A stretch of 32,000 nt of DNA from Propionibacterium freudenreichii subsp. freudenreichii (GTDB lineage: Bacteria > Actinomycetota > Actinomycetes > Propionibacteriales > Propionibacteriaceae), in contig NZ_CP010341.1 of assembly GCF_000940845.1 (NCBI RefSeq), positions 1,440,001-1,472,000 on the forward strand, read 5' to 3'. Both the position numbers and the translations under genes were made by a program. Positions 27,422 to 32,000 of the stretch are shown here, piece by piece. Positions within the stretch are counted from its first letter, which is position 1, and every line of letters begins with the position of its first letter. The notes under the pieces were generated by a model. The model had not been told where the DNA came from and made no database searches. It saw only the letters and a list, made by a program, of their open reading frames with translations.

Positions 27422-27980
27422 CATTGCCCTGGCAGCTGTGATGATGTCGTCGATGGTGGCCTGTAGTGGCCCCTCGGCCTCGGAGAAGGCCTCCGCCTCG
27501 TTCCACAACTCGGTGAGTGCCGCACGGGACGCCCTGTTCGAGGAGGCCAAGGCCACGACAGAGGGATTCTTCGACCTTGACGAATCTCTGGGTCTTCAAG
27601 GCGGGGCCGAAGAATTGCCCGCCGAAATGGACCAGTACGTGATGGGCAACGCTCGCGGTTACGTCGAGAGACTGACTCAGGCAATCCACCGTGACGGCGA
27701 ACGAACGGCGCCCAACACCAAGGCCATCCTGATCGGCCCCAAAGTCTATGACGGGCCTGCCGTATCCACTCTGACCGAGGCCCACAGCCGCGCCGAAATC
27801 GTCACTGAACAGTGCATTGATGCCCGGACGAGCCCCCGATTGGATGCGCAAGGAAATCCGATCGAAGACAGCAACAACATCGTGCATGAGATCTTCTTCC
27901 TTGATCACGACAAGGACGGGAAACTGAAGATCTTCGAAACCGCTTCGGGAAGGGTCGAGTCATGTCCGCTGGCCGCATGA
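27414..27980 (+). CDS. Hypothetical lipoprotein; 5' end probably truncated or replaced by the IS
   Basis: MSPIALAAVMMSSMVACSG has a lipobox (MVAC) but no positively charged n-region. Its ATG lies inside the IS right inverted repeat. No recognisable family. Confidence 0.55.
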   Translation: MSPIALAAVMMSSMVACSGPSASEKASASFHNSVSAARDALFEEAKATTEGFFDLDESLGLQGGAEELPAEMDQYVMGNARGYVERLTQAIHRDGERTAPNTKAILIGPKVYDGPAVSTLTEAHSRAEIVTEQCIDARTSPRLDAQGNPIEDSNNIVHEIFFLDHDKDGKLKIFETASGRVESCPLAA

Positions 27981-28822
27981 AGTTCCTCACACGCGTCGCT
28001 CTGCTTGTCGCGGCATGCTGCCTGATGCCAATGACGGCCACAGCCGATTCCCTGACTCCCGGGCGCGTCAGTCGCGACAAGCAAGAAGTGGGCCTTTCCA
28101 CCTCTGATGGTGTGGTGACTGTTGAGGCGTGGGCTGGTGGCACCACCGGAACCACCAACACCGCAGGCACCACCGCAACAGAATTCGACTCCACCGCATG
28201 GACCCGCTGGGCCCTGTCCCCCTGCAGCACCATCATGAAACCCGCCGCCAACACCGGAGCCCTGTTCACCCCCGAAACCAAAAAACAAGCCGCCACCCGC
28301 CAAGGCATCGACTGCACCACACCCAACACCACCACGATCGCCACCACCGCACACCACGCGATCGCCACCATGACCCTGCCCCACACCACCATCAAACTCG
28401 ACCCCGACCCCACCACCAACCAATGGCACGCCGCCGCGGTGGGACAACAACTGTGGTTCACCCTCGACAACCCCGGCCCCCAACACACCACCACCACCAA
28501 CACAGACATCACCATCACCCTGACCGCAACCCCCGGCGCCGTCACCATCAACCCGGGCACCATCAACCCCGGCGGCCACACCACCCCCATCCGCTGCACC
28601 ACCGGACGCCCACGACCCACCACCACCAACGGCAACCAACCCTCACCAGTCTGCGGCACCAGCTACCAACACCCCGGCCACTACACCATCACCGCCACCC
28701 GCACCTGGACCATCACCTGGACCGCCCAAGGACACACCGGCACCGAAACCATCACCCGCCCCGCCACCGCACCCACCCTCGACGTCATCGAACTCCACTC
28801 CCTCCTCGTCCCCAACAGCTAA
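27977..28822 (+). CDS. Thr-rich secreted hypothetical protein
   Basis: MKFLTRVALLVAACCLMPMTATA signal peptide. ATGA overlap with the upstream stop. Mature part is very rich in Thr (ACC codons) with four Cys. The C-terminus has beta-strand-like alternation (HYTITATRTWTITWTAQGHTGTETITRP). The ORF track starts at 27962. Confidence 0.6.
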   Translation: MKFLTRVALLVAACCLMPMTATADSLTPGRVSRDKQEVGLSTSDGVVTVEAWAGGTTGTTNTAGTTATEFDSTAWTRWALSPCSTIMKPAANTGALFTPETKKQAATRQGIDCTTPNTTTIATTAHHAIATMTLPHTTIKLDPDPTTNQWHAAAVGQQLWFTLDNPGPQHTTTTNTDITITLTATPGAVTINPGTINPGGHTTPIRCTTGRPRPTTTNGNQPSPVCGTSYQHPGHYTITATRTWTITWTAQGHTGTETITRPATAPTLDVIELHSLLVPNS

Positions 28823-28919
28823 CCCACACCCCCACCGCGCACCACCGGGACCACCCGGGACGAGAACCCCACACCAGCGTTCGGGAAATCCCCCCACAAC
28901 CCCCACCCGAACCCACAAC

Positions 28920-28966
28920 GAAGGCCGGGGACCGACCCCGCAAAGCGGAACCGGCCCCCGGCCTTC
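28920..28966. terminator. Bidirectional terminator hairpin between the Thr-rich gene and ilvC
   Basis: GAAGGCCGGGG (28920-28930) / CCCCGGCCTTC (28956-28966), with further internal pairing (CCGC-AAA-GCGG apex). Lies 14 nt from the ilvC stop. Confidence 0.65.
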
Positions 28967-28980
28967 GTCCAATCAATCAC

Positions 28981-30580
<1,600 letters not shown>

Positions 30581-30584
<4 letters not shown>

Positions 30585-32000
30585 AGCTCCTCCTCGTCCC
30601 ATTCGGGAGCCATGTCCCGGGCAATCTTGATCTCGTCGTTGCTGACGCCGGCGGCGACCATCGGCCACACCATCGCGTCCTTCTCACACACGAACTCCAT
30701 CACCACCGGGCGATCGTTGACCTCGGAGGCCTTCTTGAGCACCTCGGTGACCTCGTCGGGTGTCGTGGCACGCAGGCCCACGGCGCCCATGGCCTCGGCC
30801 AGCATGGGGAAGTTCGGCAATTGATCGGAGTGGAGGTCGGTATTCGAGTAGCGGTGCTCGTAGAACAAGGACTGCCACTGGCGCACCATGCCAAGGGTGT
30901 TGTTGTTGATGATTGCGATCTTGATCGGGATGTGGTTCACCGCACAAGTGGTGAGCTCCTGGTTGGTCATCTGGAAGCTCCCATCGCCGTCGATACCGAC
31001 CACGACCTTGTCGGGACGACCGACCTTGGCCCCCATGGCTGCGGGAACGCAGTAACCCATCGTCCCGGCGCCTCCGGAGGAGAGCCACTTGCCGGGCTTC
31101 TCGAACGGCAGGAAATGTGCCGCCCACATCTGGTGTTGGCCAACGCCGGTCACGAAGATGGTGTCATCCCCGAAGTGCTCGCCGATCCGCTTGATCACGT
31201 GCTGGGGACTGAGCTTGCCCGTGGTCGGCTCCTCCCACCCCACCGGGTAGCGGTGTTCCAGCCCGGTCACATAGTCGGTCCAGGTTGAGCGATCGACCTG
31301 CTTGGTCTCCTTCAGGTGCGAGGTGAGCTCCGCGAGCACCTTGCGTGCGTCACCCACGATCGGCACGGCCGCCGGAACGTTCTTCCCGATCTCCGCCGGA
31401 TCGATGTCGGCATGGATCACGGTGGCATGGGGCGCGAAGCTCGAGACCAGGCCGGTGACCCGATCATCGAACCGCGTACCGATCGCGATGAGCACATCGG
31501 CACGTTGGATGGCTCCCACGGCGGCGACTGTGCCATGCATGCCGGGCATGCCCAGGTTGAGGTCGCTCTCCTCCGGGAAGACCCCCCGCGCCGGAAGGGT
31601 TGTGGTCACCGGGATCCCCGTGACCTTCACGAACTCGGCCAACTCGTGGGCGGCCCGGGCGCGCACCACCCCACCGCCGACCAACAACAGGGGGCGTTCG
31701 GCCTTCGCGATCACCTTGGCGGCCTGGGCCAGCTGGCGGGCATGGGGGTTGGTCGTGGGCTTGTATCCGGGCAGCACAATCTTGTCGGGCCACACGAACT
31801 TCGCCAATGCCGTCATGGCGTCCTTCGAGACGTCCACCAGGACCGGACCCGGCCGTCCGGTGGACGCGATGTGGAAGGCGGTCTTGATCGCCGCGGGAAT
31901 GTCGGCCGCCTTGGTGATGAGGAAGTTGTGCTTGGTGATCGGCGTCGTGATGCCGCGGATGTCAGCTTCCTGGAAGGCATCAGTGCCGATGAAGGCAGAA
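30581..32000 (-). CDS. ilvB: Acetolactate synthase large subunit, C-terminal ~470 codons (gene continues past the window end)
   Basis: TPP-enzyme motifs (GGAGTMGYCVPAAMGAK, GDGSFQMTNQEL). The frame stays open upstream of the track start (AFHIASTGRPGPVLVDVSKD read from 31838 onward). Confidence 0.92.

Noticed and set aside
27402-27846. CCCCCGATTGG(G)ATG occurs in the IS right IR (27402-27416) and again inside the lipoprotein gene (27833-27846)
   Set aside because: It is intriguing (an 11-nt identity plus an adjacent ATG). But the flanks do not align, and there is no second IR core (GGGTGTAGG). I cannot exclude coincidence without a genome-wide count, so it is not called as a solo IR.

Overview
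High-GC actinobacterial chromosome; gene content and the Firmicute-style pdu gene order suggest a propionibacterium-like organism (inference). Left to right: sdhC-sdhA-sdhB (minus); nrtR divergent from nadA-nadB-nadC; glycyl-tRNA synthetase; a Zur-controlled znuA-znuC-znuB-zur operon; then an accessory block. That block opens with a clear cobalamin riboswitch (about 12676-12868, plus). Its only downstream ORF is a catalytically degenerate tyrosine-recombinase-like gene (12869-13543). This unit runs convergently into a 14-gene propanediol-utilisation microcompartment operon on the minus strand (pduA-B-C-D-E-G-H-K-J-eutJ-pduM-like-N-O-P, 25578 down to 13757). Divergent from pduA is a 26-codon pduU/eutS fragment cut by an ISL3-family IS (about 25982-27421). 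The other IS end abuts a lower-GC pair encoding a lipoprotein and a Thr-rich secreted protein, followed by convergent ilvC-ilvN-ilvB (ilvB runs off the window). Most interesting: the riboswitch/recombinase-like unit facing the B12-dependent pdu operon, the reduced pdu gene set bounded by mobile-element scars, an unusual PduM-like protein with a flavoprotein-like domain, and the strand-asymmetric CA-rich gene with a C-rich tail. Most long ORFs antisense to these genes are high-GC shadow frames.
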